Positions 63,063 to 64,000 of a DNA stretch of 64,000 bases are shown here, in pieces. The position numbers were made by a program, and so were the translations under genes. The notes beneath the pieces were generated by a model. That model searched no databases and was not told the origin of the DNA. It saw nothing but the letters and a program-made list of their open reading frames with translations. The first letter of the stretch is position 1; every line of letters begins with the position of its first letter. The stretch spans positions 533-64,532 of the forward strand of contig CAOJRT010000005.1 of assembly GCA_948442255.1 (NCBI GenBank), written 5' to 3'. This stretch comes from an uncultured Bacillales bacterium (lineage in GTDB: Bacteria > Bacillota_I > Bacilli_A > RF39 > UBA660).

Positions 63063-64000
63063 TTATTGTTTTTCAAATACTAATTTACTTACTTCTTTCG
63101 CAATATAACGATTTATTGGTGCTAAAGTGTCATTTTTACTATTTTCTATTGATATATTAGGACTCATAACGACAATACTATATTTGGGTGCATCATAAGG
63201 AGCAAACATAGCATAAGACTGATTAATTGTTGTTATGTCTTTATTAAAGACTATTTGAGCAGTCCCAGTCTTTCCTGCTGGTTTTAAAGAAGTATCTGTA
63301 TACCCTCTTCCTGTACCATTATAAACGACCTCTTTAAATCCCTCTTGTATCCTCGCAAAATACCCAGTATCCTCTATTTGGTTTAAAAGATTTGGCTCAT
63401 AAGTAAAGATTGTATTTTCTTGTTCTTTCACTTCTTTTAAATAATGTAAACTATACCGACTCCCCGAAGTAGCAATTGTATTAATATAGTTTAAAAGTTG
63501 TAATGGTGTATAAGTATCATATTGCCCAATACTAAAATTAAGCAATAAGTCATCCGCCACTTGACTTCCTTTTATTCCTAAAAATTCATTTCCCAAATCA
63601 ATCCCTGTTGTCGAACCCAAACCAAATTGCGCAAAAGTATCTCGGTAAACAGCAAAATGTTCTGGTGTTACATTGAGTTTCATATTTGCTTTATAGGTAT
63701 TTCCTGTAAGCTTAATGGCGGTTAGGAACTGATAATAATTACTAGATGTCTTTAGTGCTGTAATATCATCTATAAGCCCTAAACGTTTATAAGAACATTT
63801 CATCGGCACCTGATATAATTTTATGCAAGAATCATTAATCTTTTTCCCTATCGCAATTAAATTATTTTGATATCCTACTGTATGAGAAGCACCTTTAATA
63901 ACAGACCCCACAGTAAAAGAATTGGTTAATACATTACTTGTAACATCGTAATAAGTATCATTAATTTTCTGTAGCCCCGAAGAAGCAAGTATTTCCCCCG
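63063..64000 (-). CDS. Class B penicillin-binding protein (PBP2/elongation-type), 5' end outside the window
   Basis: The frame stays open to position 64000 (..NSFTVGSVIKGASH contains SxxK). KTGTAQ lies near the C-terminus. The ORF-track start at 63911 is an internal GTG. Confidence 0.85.
   Translation of the reverse strand, partial: GEILASSGLQKINDTYYDVTSNVLTNSFTVGSVIKGASHTVGYQNNLIAIGKKINDSCIKLYQVPMKCSYKRLGLIDDITALKTSSNYYQFLTAIKLTGNTYKANMKLNVTPEHFAVYRDTFAQFGLGSTTGIDLGNEFLGIKGSQVADDLLLNFSIGQYDTYTPLQLLNYINTIATSGSRYSLHYLKEVKEQENTIFTYEPNLLNQIEDTGYFARIQEGFKEVVYNGTGRGYTDTSLKPAGKTGTAQIVFNKDITTINQSYAMFAPYDAPKYSIVVMSPNISIENSKNDTLAPINRYIAKEVSKLVFEKQ

Noticed and set aside
1-64000. Alternative genetic code (TGA = Trp, as in Mollicutes), considered because of the very low GC content
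   Set aside because: TGA functions as a stop (murG ends in the ATGA overlap at 12285..12288). Conserved Trp positions are encoded by TGG, and all recognised genes have normal lengths under code 11.
1-64000. CRISPR arrays, tRNA/rRNA genes, IS elements/transposases and integrases
   Set aside because: The intergenic regions are short (mostly under 170 nt), and on reading them I saw no cloverleaf-like GC-rich segments, no regularly spaced direct repeats and no transposase- or integrase-like ORFs. This was a by-eye scan, not a computed search.

Overview
Visibly AT-rich (about 30% G+C by eye, not computed), gene-dense chromosomal window from a low-GC Gram-positive anaerobe. The evidence for that is rubrerythrin, MurT/GatD, PASTA-containing PBPs, a sortase and GGAGG-type RBSs; the genus cannot be determined from sequence alone. 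The standard code applies: TGA is used as a stop and TGG encodes Trp. About 85% of genes are on the minus strand. The backbone is a division/cell-wall (dcw) cluster that keeps its canonical order but is split into blocks. These are hydrolase-murF-ddl | mraZ-rsmH-ftsL-PBP (54.6-62.1 kb), PBP-mraY-DD-carboxypeptidase-ftsW (26.1-31.5 kb), murG-murB-divIB-queH (10.0-13.4 kb), murT-gatD (7.9-10.0 kb) and ylmH (6.4-7.0 kb). Between the blocks lie pyk, map and lineage-specific envelope cargo. That cargo includes a class B sortase with a 1065-aa beta-helix-like NPNTG-anchored surface protein, a MacB-type fused ABC exporter and a Bce-like ABC plus two-component module. It also includes several orphan helical proteins and a six-gene operon combining two hybrid histidine kinases, an Hpt-REC protein, a PlsC-type acyltransferase, a divergent adenylating enzyme and an FAD protein, with no recognisable output domain. 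The left end (0.2-4.4 kb) carries a phage-derived holin/endolysin cassette followed by a tail-collar protein and a truncated DNRLRE/RHS-like protein. I saw no rRNA, tRNA, CRISPR array, transposase or integrase. The most unusual items are the output-less phosphorelay/lipid-enzyme operon, a MurF whose N-terminal domain is replaced by a polytopic membrane domain (with a free-standing look-alike next to murT-gatD), and the lysis cassette placed ahead of leaderless proteins.
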